IMG/VR virus record: IMGVR_UViG_3300043775_001834
Location: 1-64,000 of that record
Strand: one strand, 5' to 3'
DNA from: a virus
DNA length: 64,000 nt
This document shows positions 8,048 through 17,164 of the stretch, one piece after another (within the stretch, counting starts at the first letter, position 1; every line of letters begins with the position of its first letter). The notes under the pieces were generated by a model. It searched no databases. It was not told the origin of the DNA and was given only the letters and a program-made list of their open reading frames with translations. The position numbers were made by a program, and so were the translations under genes.

Positions 8048-8981
8048 AAGTATAAAAAAAATAGATTATACTGGCGATGTTTATAATCTTCGAATAAAAT
8101 CAGAAGACGGTAAAAACCATAATTATTTTGCAAATGGCTTGAATGTTTCGAATTGTCATAAGGCAAAATCTCAATCGATCAAAACTATCTTAGAAAAATG
8201 TGAAAACGCTGATAGAAGATTTGGTCTTTCTGGTACAATTCCTAAAGAAGGATCTTTAGATAGATTGACTATTATGGCTTATACCGGACCTATAATTTCA
8301 TCTATTAGTGCAGATTTCTTAATTGAAAAGGGACATATCACTCCATGTGAAGTTTATGCAATAGAAATGGATTATGCACCACAAGAAGTAAAAGAAGGAT
8401 TTAAAGTTTTACATGCTAGATCTGAAGATGATAGAAAGAAATTGCTTAAACTTGAACAGGATTATGCAATACAATCAAATGCTAGGCTGCAATTTATTAC
8501 GGATATGATTTTAAAGAATCATAAAAACTCTCTTGTACTTTTCTTTAGAATCGAATACGGTAACAAAATCTATGATATGCTAAGACAGAAAACTGTAAGG
8601 AGAGTATTCTACATCGATGGTGGAACCGACAAAGATGTTCGTTCAAGTCATAAAGAAGGTCTCGAAGAAGGTGAAGGGAAAATTATGATTGCATCTTATG
8701 GTACATTCTCGACAGGTATCAATGTAACAAATATTCATACCATATATCTCACAGAATCATTCAAATCTGAGGTTATTATTCGTCAATCTATTGGTAGAGG
8801 ACTTAGAAAACATGAGGATAAAAAGAAGCTACTCATCATTGACTTTATAGATGATTTTAGAGTTGGACGATACAATAACTATCTATACAAACATGGTTTA
8901 GCTAGACAAGAAATCTATGACGATCAGAAGTTCCCTTTTCAAGTCAAGACCGTCGATGTAGGAAAGATATACAACACATAA
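8037..8981 (+). CDS. uvsW: Split-intein C-part (8037-8153) fused to UvsW C-terminal half
   Basis: MKIKSIKKIDYTGDVYNLRI...HNYFANGLNVSN|CHKAK restores DECH; GLSGT, ASYGTFSTGIN, QSIGRGLR helicase motifs. Confidence 0.9.
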   Translation: MKIKSIKKIDYTGDVYNLRIKSEDGKNHNYFANGLNVSNCHKAKSQSIKTILEKCENADRRFGLSGTIPKEGSLDRLTIMAYTGPIISSISADFLIEKGHITPCEVYAIEMDYAPQEVKEGFKVLHARSEDDRKKLLKLEQDYAIQSNARLQFITDMILKNHKNSLVLFFRIEYGNKIYDMLRQKTVRRVFYIDGGTDKDVRSSHKEGLEEGEGKIMIASYGTFSTGINVTNIHTIYLTESFKSEVIIRQSIGRGLRKHEDKKKLLIIDFIDDFRVGRYNNYLYKHGLARQEIYDDQKFPFQVKTVDVGKIYNT

Positions 8982-8988
8982 ACAATTA

Positions 8989-8996
8989 GATATATA
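8989..8996 (+). promoter_or_regulatory. Late promoter GATATATA
   Basis: Recurrent intergenic motif. Confidence 0.65.
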
Positions 8997-9017
8997 ATTA
9001 AAAAGTATCTAACTCTA

Positions 9018-9251
9018 ATGGCATTACTTAAATTTAAAGCCTTTTCTAAATCACTTAAGGAAGAAAAAATCCAAAAGGAATTAGACAAAAAGGCTTCTGA
9101 CTATAAAAAAATCTATTTAGAAAAACTTCAAACTTATGGAGTTACGGATGCTTCACATTTAAACGACGATCAGCTAGAAGAATTTTTAGAGAATATGAAG
9201 TCTTATCGAAATAAACCAACTATTCAATCAGAACCATCAGATATATTATAA
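9018..9251 (+). CDS. Small hypothetical protein (position of T4 uvsW.1; weak capsid-targeting-like leader)
   Basis: MALLKFKAFSKSLKEE; ORF after late promoter. Confidence 0.55.
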   Translation: MALLKFKAFSKSLKEEKIQKELDKKASDYKKIYLEKLQTYGVTDASHLNDDQLEEFLENMKSYRNKPTIQSEPSDIL

Positions 9252-10484
9252 ATGGCAGAAATTCAAACATTAAGAGATGTATTTCGTAAGGAAGGACTTC
9301 AATTTGTACATAAACTTTTCGATAATTTTGTAATAGTAAGCGAAAAGCTTAATGCGACTAGGTTTGCCTTCGAAAAAAATTCCGATGGGACTATCGAATT
9401 CTATCGTAAAGATGGGAAGATAACTGCTATCGAGAGAACTCTTAACCAAATATTTGAAGAGCCAATAAATTACATTCAAAGTCTTTCTCCTGAAATTATT
9501 AAAAAAATACCAGTAGGATATCGATATGGCTTTAGATATTTTCATTCAACTGAACCTATCTACATCAAATATGATAAACTTCCACTTAATGGTTTAACAC
9601 TTACCGACATCATAAAAATTGATGGAAATAAAAGTAAAGTTATCGATGATGTTGCAGTTCAAAATGGCATTGCTGATTTGCTTATGGTAGACAAACCACC
9701 AGTAATTTGGTATGGTAAACTAGACGACGTTCAGAAAACTAGATTAACGGATTATCTTAGAACTTCAGAGGAAAAACTACTAGAAAAATTTAAAACTACT
9801 TCGTTTACTAAATACTTTATTTCAATAGTTAATCCTTCGTTGAAGAAAACCGCCTTAAACGACGATATTGATAAACCAATTGACTCGATAATATTCAAAT
9901 TCATCGATGATTCTAATTCCGACATAGTATATGCAAAAGCGGTTGACCCTGTAATTCAACAAATAATTCGAACTAACGAAGAAGAAAGAGAACCTCAAGA
10001 TATGTATGGCATAATTTTGTCAGATATCGTTGAGTTCGTAAAAATCAACGGAATTAATAAGTATAAATTAGAAGATGGTTCATCTGACGAAAAATTCGTT
10101 AAGTTGATGTGTCTAATTTATAACGATTATATTAAAAAGAATGAATATAAATTTGAAGGTGTCGAATTAGATGCTCTTTCATTTACTAATATACCTAAAT
10201 TTGATTTGAATTCAGGTTTTATTCCTAATCTAGAAACTAGAGAATCAATTGCAAAATCTACAATAAATAAAAATTTATTTAAGATAATTGTTTCGTCGTT
10301 TTCTAAGCCTAAAAGAAAGCCAACCGGCACAATGACTCAATTGCTAATTGATGATTTAAAAACTCTTAGTGATAGGATAAAAACGAAAGTTGATATACTG
10401 AAACCTGTAACAAATGAAGGAATGATGACGTTCGAAGATTATTTAGCATTAAAGGAAGAAAAGACGAGAACGATCAAAGACTAA
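9252..10484 (+). CDS. RNA-ligase-like nucleotidyltransferase-fold protein (divergent)
   Basis: VSEKLNATRFAF resembles motif I (KxxG variant), FYRK, PPVIWYGKL, SIIFKF, YAKAVDP. Confidence 0.45.
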   Translation: MAEIQTLRDVFRKEGLQFVHKLFDNFVIVSEKLNATRFAFEKNSDGTIEFYRKDGKITAIERTLNQIFEEPINYIQSLSPEIIKKIPVGYRYGFRYFHSTEPIYIKYDKLPLNGLTLTDIIKIDGNKSKVIDDVAVQNGIADLLMVDKPPVIWYGKLDDVQKTRLTDYLRTSEEKLLEKFKTTSFTKYFISIVNPSLKKTALNDDIDKPIDSIIFKFIDDSNSDIVYAKAVDPVIQQIIRTNEEEREPQDMYGIILSDIVEFVKINGINKYKLEDGSSDEKFVKLMCLIYNDYIKKNEYKFEGVELDALSFTNIPKFDLNSGFIPNLETRESIAKSTINKNLFKIIVSSFSKPKRKPTGTMTQLLIDDLKTLSDRIKTKVDILKPVTNEGMMTFEDYLALKEEKTRTIKD

Positions 10485-10507
10485 ATATATAAAAAAACAA
10501 CAAAGAT

Positions 10508-11569
10508 ATGAATTTTACAAGAGACTTTTTAAATGAAGTTCTTATCTGTAGAGAATCTATAAAAGTACTTCTTAACGAAGGTACTGTTGTAACAATAAAT
10601 GCAGGAGATGAATTTACTCGCATAAATGATATTGTTGCGGTAAGTGAAAACTATGGTAAAGAAATAGAAGAACTAGCAGAACGTGTACAGATCAAAAGAA
10701 AATACGGTCAATATGGTTCCATGTCCGCAAATAGTTCTGCACCAGTTAGAGACAGAATAGTTGAATTTGTAGGTAAAAAATACTGCAATGAGGAAGAACT
10801 TCAAAATTTCTTACTTAAATTAGAAGAAGATCGAGGAACTTCTTTCAACCAAAAACAATGGTTTGATAGAAATCAAAAATATTTTCAATCATTTAAAAAT
10901 GAAGGTCAACAAGTATGGACCCTTTCTAAATTCGGTAAACGAGTACTAGAACACATATTAAAAAACAAAACAAAACCAATGGTAAACGAATCGAAAATTG
11001 GACTATTTAAGTTCACTACAATAAATGAATCAAAATCCGAACCTATTTTCGAAGGTTCAGTAAATTTAAGTAATCAATTTGCTTTAGTTCTTGTTGGTGG
11101 ATCTATTGGTGCTACAAAAACATTCCCAATTTTTGTTGGTAGAGATATGGGTAGCATAGTAGAAACTGGAGATGATAAAGATGCATTGGTTTCTGTTAAA
11201 AATCAAAGAAATAAAACACTAAGTCCTGGTGAAAAATCTTACTACGGAATGTCGTACAAAGTAATTGAATTGACTAAAAGCAAAGTAAAACAAATCAACA
11301 ACCTTATTGCTTTTCAAGATAAATCTGATGATGCAGAAGTTTCTGAATCAGAATTATTTGAAAGTCATGAAGAACAAATTAAGAAAGAATGCATTTCTAG
11401 ACTTTCTGAGTTCTTTGGTTGTTCTCCAGGTAATTTGTCGAAATTCAAATTTGATGGTAGTGATAACATCAAAGAACTTACTAAATCACTTAGATCTAGT
11501 AGTGATGTAGGAACTGAAGCTTATTATAAAGTAGCTATTGAAATGGCTAAAAAGGATTTAGGTCTATAA
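10508..11569 (+). CDS. Hypothetical protein, probable internal head protein
   Basis: Multiple FLNE/LLNE/VNE/INE putative gp21 sites; AATATATA at 10484. Confidence 0.55.
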   Translation: MNFTRDFLNEVLICRESIKVLLNEGTVVTINAGDEFTRINDIVAVSENYGKEIEELAERVQIKRKYGQYGSMSANSSAPVRDRIVEFVGKKYCNEEELQNFLLKLEEDRGTSFNQKQWFDRNQKYFQSFKNEGQQVWTLSKFGKRVLEHILKNKTKPMVNESKIGLFKFTTINESKSEPIFEGSVNLSNQFALVLVGGSIGATKTFPIFVGRDMGSIVETGDDKDALVSVKNQRNKTLSPGEKSYYGMSYKVIELTKSKVKQINNLIAFQDKSDDAEVSESELFESHEEQIKKECISRLSEFFGCSPGNLSKFKFDGSDNIKELTKSLRSSSDVGTEAYYKVAIEMAKKDLGL

Positions 11570-11913
11570 TGAGACTTAAAAAATTCAATGATTTTGTTAA
11601 TGAAGCTGAGGTTAGATATTCGATCGAAAGACTTCAATTAGCCAAAAGGACTTGGAGTTCTGATGATGAGGCAAAAGAAAAATTTGCTAAAAAGAATGAA
11701 GATGCTAAGAACATCAATGCATTTATGACTAAAGATGAAGAACGAGAAGAAACTTATCGCTTTATATCTTACGAAGAAGGAATCTCATTTAATATAATCT
11801 TACGAGAAAATGGAAAGGTTATTATTTCTAATTCATATCCTGACGAAGAGAAAAGAAATTTCGATCAAGATTGTAAACTAATAATAGGAAAAACAATTAA
11901 AACAAATGCCTAA
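11569..11913 (+). CDS. Putative internal head protein
   Basis: MRLKKFNDFVNEA leader. Confidence 0.65.
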   Translation: MRLKKFNDFVNEAEVRYSIERLQLAKRTWSSDDEAKEKFAKKNEDAKNINAFMTKDEEREETYRFISYEEGISFNIILRENGKVIISNSYPDEEKRNFDQDCKLIIGKTIKTNA

Positions 11914-12163
11914 TTATATACCATCATTTGATGAATATCTTAACGAATCTTCAGAAGATCGTAGAACACCTGAAGAAAAGATTCGAGATGGAATTGCCGC
12001 GTTAAAGCAATCAATAGACAAGCTACTGAATTCGTGTAAAGAGAATCCAGAAAAGATTCCGATATTTAAAGCTCAAATTGCAGTGCTAAACGCAAAAATT
12101 AATGTATTTAACGCACAAACTAATTTGCGAAGAGTACAAAAAAATTACACATATTCAAAATGA
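11906..12163 (+). CDS. Putative internal head protein
   Basis: MPNYIPSFDEYLNES leader. Confidence 0.65.
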   Translation: MPNYIPSFDEYLNESSEDRRTPEEKIRDGIAALKQSIDKLLNSCKENPEKIPIFKAQIAVLNAKINVFNAQTNLRRVQKNYTYSK

Positions 12164-12819
12164 AATTAACAACATACGAAGAATATCTAAATGAAAACAT
12201 AAATGAATTTGGCCCTTTAGCTGGTTCAGGTAATGTTCGAGCAGATGAACTAAATAACCTGCAACGAGAAGCTGCAAAGAAAAGTGAAAGAGGAGAAACT
12301 GTTTATATAGTAGGTGCTAAAAACGGATCTTATAAATTATCAAAATATTTCGAAAAGGGAAATACTTATGCAGCATATTATAACGGTATGCCGCAAGTAG
12401 TAGAAGGAATTTTAGAAAATGAAAATTTTTTAAATGAAGCTCTTAAAGACATTACGATAAGTGATACAGAAGCAGAAGAAATTTTTGACGAAATCAAGCG
12501 TCTTACTAAATTACATAAAGAAAAGGGATTTGTTTCCGGTGAAGTTTCCGTAGATGGATTCGCTAAATCTTCAGGAGCATTTGGATTAAATCCAGACGAT
12601 AAAAACCTTAAAATTGCTGGCATCTCTGCAACTACATTCGGAGTTTTTGCATGTATAACAACTCAAGCTAATATTGTAGTTTGTTATGTCACTTTAGGTT
12701 ACGATACGTTAAAGAAAAAATTAAAACTAGGAAGTTATTCTCTTACTTTTTATAGTGGTAGAGAATCTCATTTCAATCAAATAGCTAGACAATACAAAAA
12801 AACAATATACAACAAATAA
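12160..12819 (+). CDS. Putative internal head protein
   Basis: MKLTTYEEYLNENINE leader; internal ILENENFLNEA. Confidence 0.65.
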   Translation: MKLTTYEEYLNENINEFGPLAGSGNVRADELNNLQREAAKKSERGETVYIVGAKNGSYKLSKYFEKGNTYAAYYNGMPQVVEGILENENFLNEALKDITISDTEAEEIFDEIKRLTKLHKEKGFVSGEVSVDGFAKSSGAFGLNPDDKNLKIAGISATTFGVFACITTQANIVVCYVTLGYDTLKKKLKLGSYSLTFYSGRESHFNQIARQYKKTIYNK

Positions 12820-12820
12820 T

Positions 12821-13390
12821 ATGAAACACATACCTACATACGAAGAATTCGTAAACGAATCAGTACTAAACGAAGGAAGAGTTAAAGCAGCTACATTACT
12901 TCAAGAAATAATAGACGGTAATACTTCTAGAGCAGAAGGTATTAAAATGTCTAAAGACTTAGCTGAACACTATCTGTATTGGTTGAGAACTTCTCCTTAC
13001 GGCAAGAAAAATACAGATTTGCCTCTATATATGCTAATCAAAGCTTCATTTAATTGGGGTATTGAAAGACAATTAGATAAAAAATTAAAAGTAGAGCTAG
13101 ATACATTGAAAACTACAATCAACAAACCAATGAATGAAGGTTTTAATGCAAGCTATTGGGAAGGTTATCATGAAAAATCTGCAAAAATTCCAAATCCAAC
13201 GGATATGCAAATTCAACAAGAAGTAGAAGCTTCGGTTGAAGAATGGAACGATAATAATGAAAACGGGAAAGAGAATGAAGTAACTCCTGCAGGTGAAAAG
13301 AAAGTTTTAGCTCTTGCAAAACAATTCGTTAAAGCAAAAAAATATATTTGCTCAGATATTATTGATGCAATGATAGCTCAAGAATCATAA
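12821..13390 (+). CDS. Putative internal head protein
   Basis: MKHIPTYEEFVNESVLNEG leader. Confidence 0.65.
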   Translation: MKHIPTYEEFVNESVLNEGRVKAATLLQEIIDGNTSRAEGIKMSKDLAEHYLYWLRTSPYGKKNTDLPLYMLIKASFNWGIERQLDKKLKVELDTLKTTINKPMNEGFNASYWEGYHEKSAKIPNPTDMQIQQEVEASVEEWNDNNENGKENEVTPAGEKKVLALAKQFVKAKKYICSDIIDAMIAQES

Positions 13391-13396
13391 TAAATT

Positions 13397-13780
13397 ATGC
13401 CATCAGTATCACAATCACAACAACGATTAATGGGTCAGGCTTATGCTCTTAAAAAGGGAGATATTCAAGCTAAAGACATTGATGCAGAATATAGAAAACA
13501 AATACAAGATTTAGCAGATGGAATGTCTCTTAAAGATTTAAAAGATTTTGCAGAAACTAAACATAACGATTTACCTGTTACGAAAGAATCCAATGAACTG
13601 GATGAAAATTCTCCGGTTGCTACATTAAGTTCTGTTAATGGTATGGGTCCTATTGCACTACCTCAAGGAGATAAAATAGGAAGTGGAGATAATCCAAATC
13701 CTTCTTCTAAAAAGAAAAAAGCCTTTAAGAATTTCAAAGATTTTATTAAAGGACAAACAACGGTAAGGGCTGCCTTTTAA
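13397..13780 (+). CDS. DUF3008-like protein
   Basis: MPSVSQSQQRLMGQAYALKKG...MSLKDLKDFAETKHNDLP resembles DUF3008 pattern. Confidence 0.55.
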   Translation: MPSVSQSQQRLMGQAYALKKGDIQAKDIDAEYRKQIQDLADGMSLKDLKDFAETKHNDLPVTKESNELDENSPVATLSSVNGMGPIALPQGDKIGSGDNPNPSSKKKKAFKNFKDFIKGQTTVRAAF

Positions 13781-13816
13781 GGTTTGCGGCTCAAATAAAA
13801 AACTCTAAAATGGACG

Positions 13817-14038
13817 GTGATTATCCCAAGCAAAAAACCAAAAAAACTAACAAGAAAGCATGTTGCGACAACATTTCTTATATTAGCAACTTTCTTCAAC
13901 CCTCTTGGATTCGATGCCCTCTTCGCACTGATAATGAAGTGGACAGGCTCATTTTGGCTTACGGACAGTATATTCTATGCCCTATCACTATTATTTTTTG
14001 GAGCATATTACTTTATGTCTCGATCTAACAAAGACTGA
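13817..14038 (+). CDS. Small two-TM membrane protein
   Basis: Two hydrophobic segments, basic N-terminus. Confidence 0.6.
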   Translation: MIIPSKKPKKLTRKHVATTFLILATFFNPLGFDALFALIMKWTGSFWLTDSIFYALSLLFFGAYYFMSRSNKD

Positions 14039-14064
14039 ATCTCCTCGATTTTTCTTACATATAA
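14037..14064 (+). promoter_or_regulatory. Replication-class promoter GAATC-N16-CATATAA
   Basis: Upstream of dut/gp43A operon. Confidence 0.5.
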
Positions 14065-14082
14065 TGATAAAACAATGTCATT

Positions 14083-14526
14083 ATGAAATTCTTAAAAGTT
14101 AGAGATGTCAAAGATCCGTCAAGAGGCACTCCTCAATCTGCCGGCATCGACCTATTTATACCAAATGATTTCACTCCGCAATTTTTGCGTCCAGGTGATT
14201 CTATCTTAATTCCAGCAGGATTAAAAATTAATGTACCAGAAAATCACGTATTTATTATGATGAATAAATCTGGTGTAGCCACTAAAAAGCATCTCGACGT
14301 AGGTGCTTGTGTTATAGACGAAGATTACCAAGGAGAAATTCATATCCACTTAATGAATGTCGGTAATGATTCTACATCTTTAAGTCCAGGTGAAAAAATT
14401 GCTCAATGTTTACTTATGCCTATTGTATATGCACCGGTAGAAGTTGTAGAAGATGAAAATACTTTATGGAATGGCAAATCTACTGAAAGAGGCGAAGGTG
14501 GATTTGGTTCAACTGGAATTAATTAA
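14083..14526 (+). CDS. dut: dUTPase (trimeric)
   Basis: SAGIDL, KSGV, VIDEDYQGEI, KIAQ, RGEGGFGSTG motifs. Confidence 0.95.
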   Translation: MKFLKVRDVKDPSRGTPQSAGIDLFIPNDFTPQFLRPGDSILIPAGLKINVPENHVFIMMNKSGVATKKHLDVGACVIDEDYQGEIHIHLMNVGNDSTSLSPGEKIAQCLLMPIVYAPVEVVEDENTLWNGKSTERGEGGFGSTGIN

Positions 14527-14528
14527 TT

Positions 14529-14750
14529 ATGGAAAATTTAATAGCACCAGGCATAGATATTAAGAAAAATTCTATTGCTGTTATATGTGAAGCTGAAAAT
14601 TGTGGTAGTGAAACCTTCACCGAAGTAGTTTTTATGCGTAAAGTTTCTAAGCTAATTACCGGAGCACCAAAAGATTCATTTGTTCCAATTCCGACATTCC
14701 AATGTTCAAAATGCGGGCATATAAATAAAGAATTCATTCCTAAAATTTAA
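14529..14750 (+). CDS. Small zinc-ribbon protein
   Basis: CEAENC...CSKCGH. Confidence 0.65.
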   Translation: MENLIAPGIDIKKNSIAVICEAENCGSETFTEVVFMRKVSKLITGAPKDSFVPIPTFQCSKCGHINKEFIPKI

Positions 14751-14753
14751 TTA

Positions 14754-16139
14754 ATGATATTAGACGTAGAAAATAACGAAAGCGAATTAGTCATCTCCTA
14801 CTATGACAAAGAAGGTCGAGTTAAAATTAAAAAATTCGAAATCCCTCATATATTGAATTGGACTGTTTGTTCTATAACAGATCCTCGAAGAAATCCAGAT
14901 TTTCAGAATTGGGATGGCAAACCAGTTAAAAAGATTGCCGAAAAACGACTTAATAAATGGTCAGTTTACGAGTTCATTAATACTCTACCACCAGAAGAAA
15001 GAGAAGAACTTTCTGCATTAAACTTCCCTAAAGTACAATCAATAGATATTGAAACCGAAGTTATCGATGGATTCCCTAAACCTGAAATAGCTAGAGAAAG
15101 AATAACAACTATTGCGATTGCAACAGAATCAAATTCTACGTTAGTTCTCGGTTGGAAAAAAATATCTAAAGAGCAAGAAAAAGAAATTTTTGACAAACAT
15201 CGAGAATACCTTAAAGAATTCGGCGATTGGAATTTTAAATATATGTACTTTGAAGATGAGTACAATATGATGTATACTTTCATCAACAAATTTTTACCTA
15301 ATTTTTCATTAGCTATCGGCTGGAACTTTATGGGATTTGACTGGAAATATATTTCTAATCGATGCAAAAGATTAAATATCGATGTATCAAAAGCATCACC
15401 CTCTGGAAAACTACAAGGAAACGATCTAATACCATTACACATCGGAATTATCGATTATCTAGACGTCTATCGTAGATGGGATAGAACTGTAGCGATTAAA
15501 GAAAGCAATAAACTTGATTGGGTTGCTAATTCTGTGCTAGGTGTAACAAAATTACATTATAGTGGTACTTTACAGGAATTGTATGAAAATGACTATGATA
15601 AATACATTCTCTACAATGCCATAGATGCTGCGTTAGTGTGCTTAATTCACAAAAAATTAAAAACCCTTAACTCGGTATTGTCCGTTTCTTGTTTATGTGA
15701 TTTGTCTATTTATAAGGCTTCTTCTGCAGTAAATTTAACTGAAGCACTTTTATGGAAAGGTTATTTTAAAAGAAACATGGTAATTGCTGATAAGAAAGTA
15801 GATACACCAAAAGGTTCGTATGAAGGTGCTTATGTTAAAGAACCTGAAGCAGGTATGTTTAGAGCTGTAACATGTTTTGATTACGCTTCACTATACCCTT
15901 CAATTATGAGACAATTTAATGTTTCTCCGGAATCATTTATAACTAAAACACAAGATACAGACAAACTAGAAAAACATAAATCAGATTCGAACTTTATAGT
16001 TTCTACCACAGGTGCAATATATAATAATCAAGAAGTTTCCGTACTTAAGGAAATTCTTACTACGTTATATTCAGAGAGAAAGAGAAAAAAGAACATACAT
16101 TTGGAGATCGAACGAAAAATGTCAAAATTAAAAAATTAA
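14754..16139 (+). CDS. gp43: Family B DNA polymerase, N-terminal subunit (exonuclease plus motif A), gp43A
   Basis: DIET, GWNFMGFD, YNAID exo motifs; YEGAYV, FDYASLYPSIM; ends in fingers helix, lacks motifs B/C. Confidence 0.9.
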   Translation: MILDVENNESELVISYYDKEGRVKIKKFEIPHILNWTVCSITDPRRNPDFQNWDGKPVKKIAEKRLNKWSVYEFINTLPPEEREELSALNFPKVQSIDIETEVIDGFPKPEIARERITTIAIATESNSTLVLGWKKISKEQEKEIFDKHREYLKEFGDWNFKYMYFEDEYNMMYTFINKFLPNFSLAIGWNFMGFDWKYISNRCKRLNIDVSKASPSGKLQGNDLIPLHIGIIDYLDVYRRWDRTVAIKESNKLDWVANSVLGVTKLHYSGTLQELYENDYDKYILYNAIDAALVCLIHKKLKTLNSVLSVSCLCDLSIYKASSAVNLTEALLWKGYFKRNMVIADKKVDTPKGSYEGAYVKEPEAGMFRAVTCFDYASLYPSIMRQFNVSPESFITKTQDTDKLEKHKSDSNFIVSTTGAIYNNQEVSVLKEILTTLYSERKRKKNIHLEIERKMSKLKN

Positions 16140-16143
16140 ATTT

Positions 16144-17145
16144 ATGTCTAAACTATTCGAAGAGCGATTAGAATATAAGCCATTCGAATTTCCCGTTTAT
16201 TACACTGAAGGATGGCTTAAACAAGCACAATCATTTTGGTTACATACGGAAATCCAAATGCAAGGAGATGTCAAAGATTGGAAAGAGCATCTTAAAGAAC
16301 ACGAAAAAAATCTAGTAGGAAACATCTTATTAGGATTCGCTCAAACCGAATGTGCAGTTTCTGATTATTGGACAGGTATGGTAACTAAATGGTTTCCTAA
16401 ACACGAAATTAAACAAATGGCTATGCTATTTGGTTCTCAGGAAACAATTCATGCAGTTGCATATTCTTACCTAAATGAAACTTTAGGTCTCGATGATTTT
16501 GCTGCGTTTATGCACGAGCCAACTATTGCCGAAAAATTTGAATTTTTATTAGCAACTGAAAATGAGTATACTCATGAAGACTTATTAAAGTCAGCTAAAG
16601 CTAGAAAAGATGTTGCTAGATCTTTAGCAGTATTCTCGGCTTTTGCTGAAGGAGTTTCATTATACTCATCTTTTGCTGTTTTATATTCTTTTCAAATGAG
16701 GAATTTACTCAAAGGAATTGGTCAACAAATGAAATGGTCAGTTAGAGATGAGTCCTTACATTCAAAAATGGGATGTCAATTGTTTAGACATATGTGTGAG
16801 GAATATCCCGAATTGAAAGACTCAGTTCAATATGATGTCGAATATGCAGCTAAATTAATGGTGGAAATGGAACATCGTTTCATCGATAAAATATTCGAAG
16901 AAGGAGACTTAGAAAACTTAAAAGCTCGGGATGTTAAAAGTTTCATTTCACGAAGAGCAAATGAGAAATTAATGGAATTAGGTTATCAACCTAAATTTGA
17001 ATATGATATAGAATCAGCAAATGAGTTAGATTGGTTCTATCACCTTACTGGTGGATTAACACATACAGATTTTTTTGCTATTAGATCGACTGATTATGCA
17101 AAAGCCGGCGAAGAAGAAAACTGGTCAGATGATGAACTTTGGTAA
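16144..17145 (+). CDS. nrdB: Ribonucleotide reductase class Ia beta subunit
   Basis: QETIHAVAYS, FAEGVSLYSSF, RDESLH, HTDFF. Confidence 0.95.
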   Translation: MSKLFEERLEYKPFEFPVYYTEGWLKQAQSFWLHTEIQMQGDVKDWKEHLKEHEKNLVGNILLGFAQTECAVSDYWTGMVTKWFPKHEIKQMAMLFGSQETIHAVAYSYLNETLGLDDFAAFMHEPTIAEKFEFLLATENEYTHEDLLKSAKARKDVARSLAVFSAFAEGVSLYSSFAVLYSFQMRNLLKGIGQQMKWSVRDESLHSKMGCQLFRHMCEEYPELKDSVQYDVEYAAKLMVEMEHRFIDKIFEEGDLENLKARDVKSFISRRANEKLMELGYQPKFEYDIESANELDWFYHLTGGLTHTDFFAIRSTDYAKAGEEENWSDDELW

Positions 17146-17164
17146 AATTAAAATTATAAAATAA

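Noticed and set aside
13810-14028. Alternative-frame ORF overlapping 13817-14038
   Set aside because: The 13817 frame gives a more coherent two-TM protein; both cannot easily be real, though the choice is not certain.
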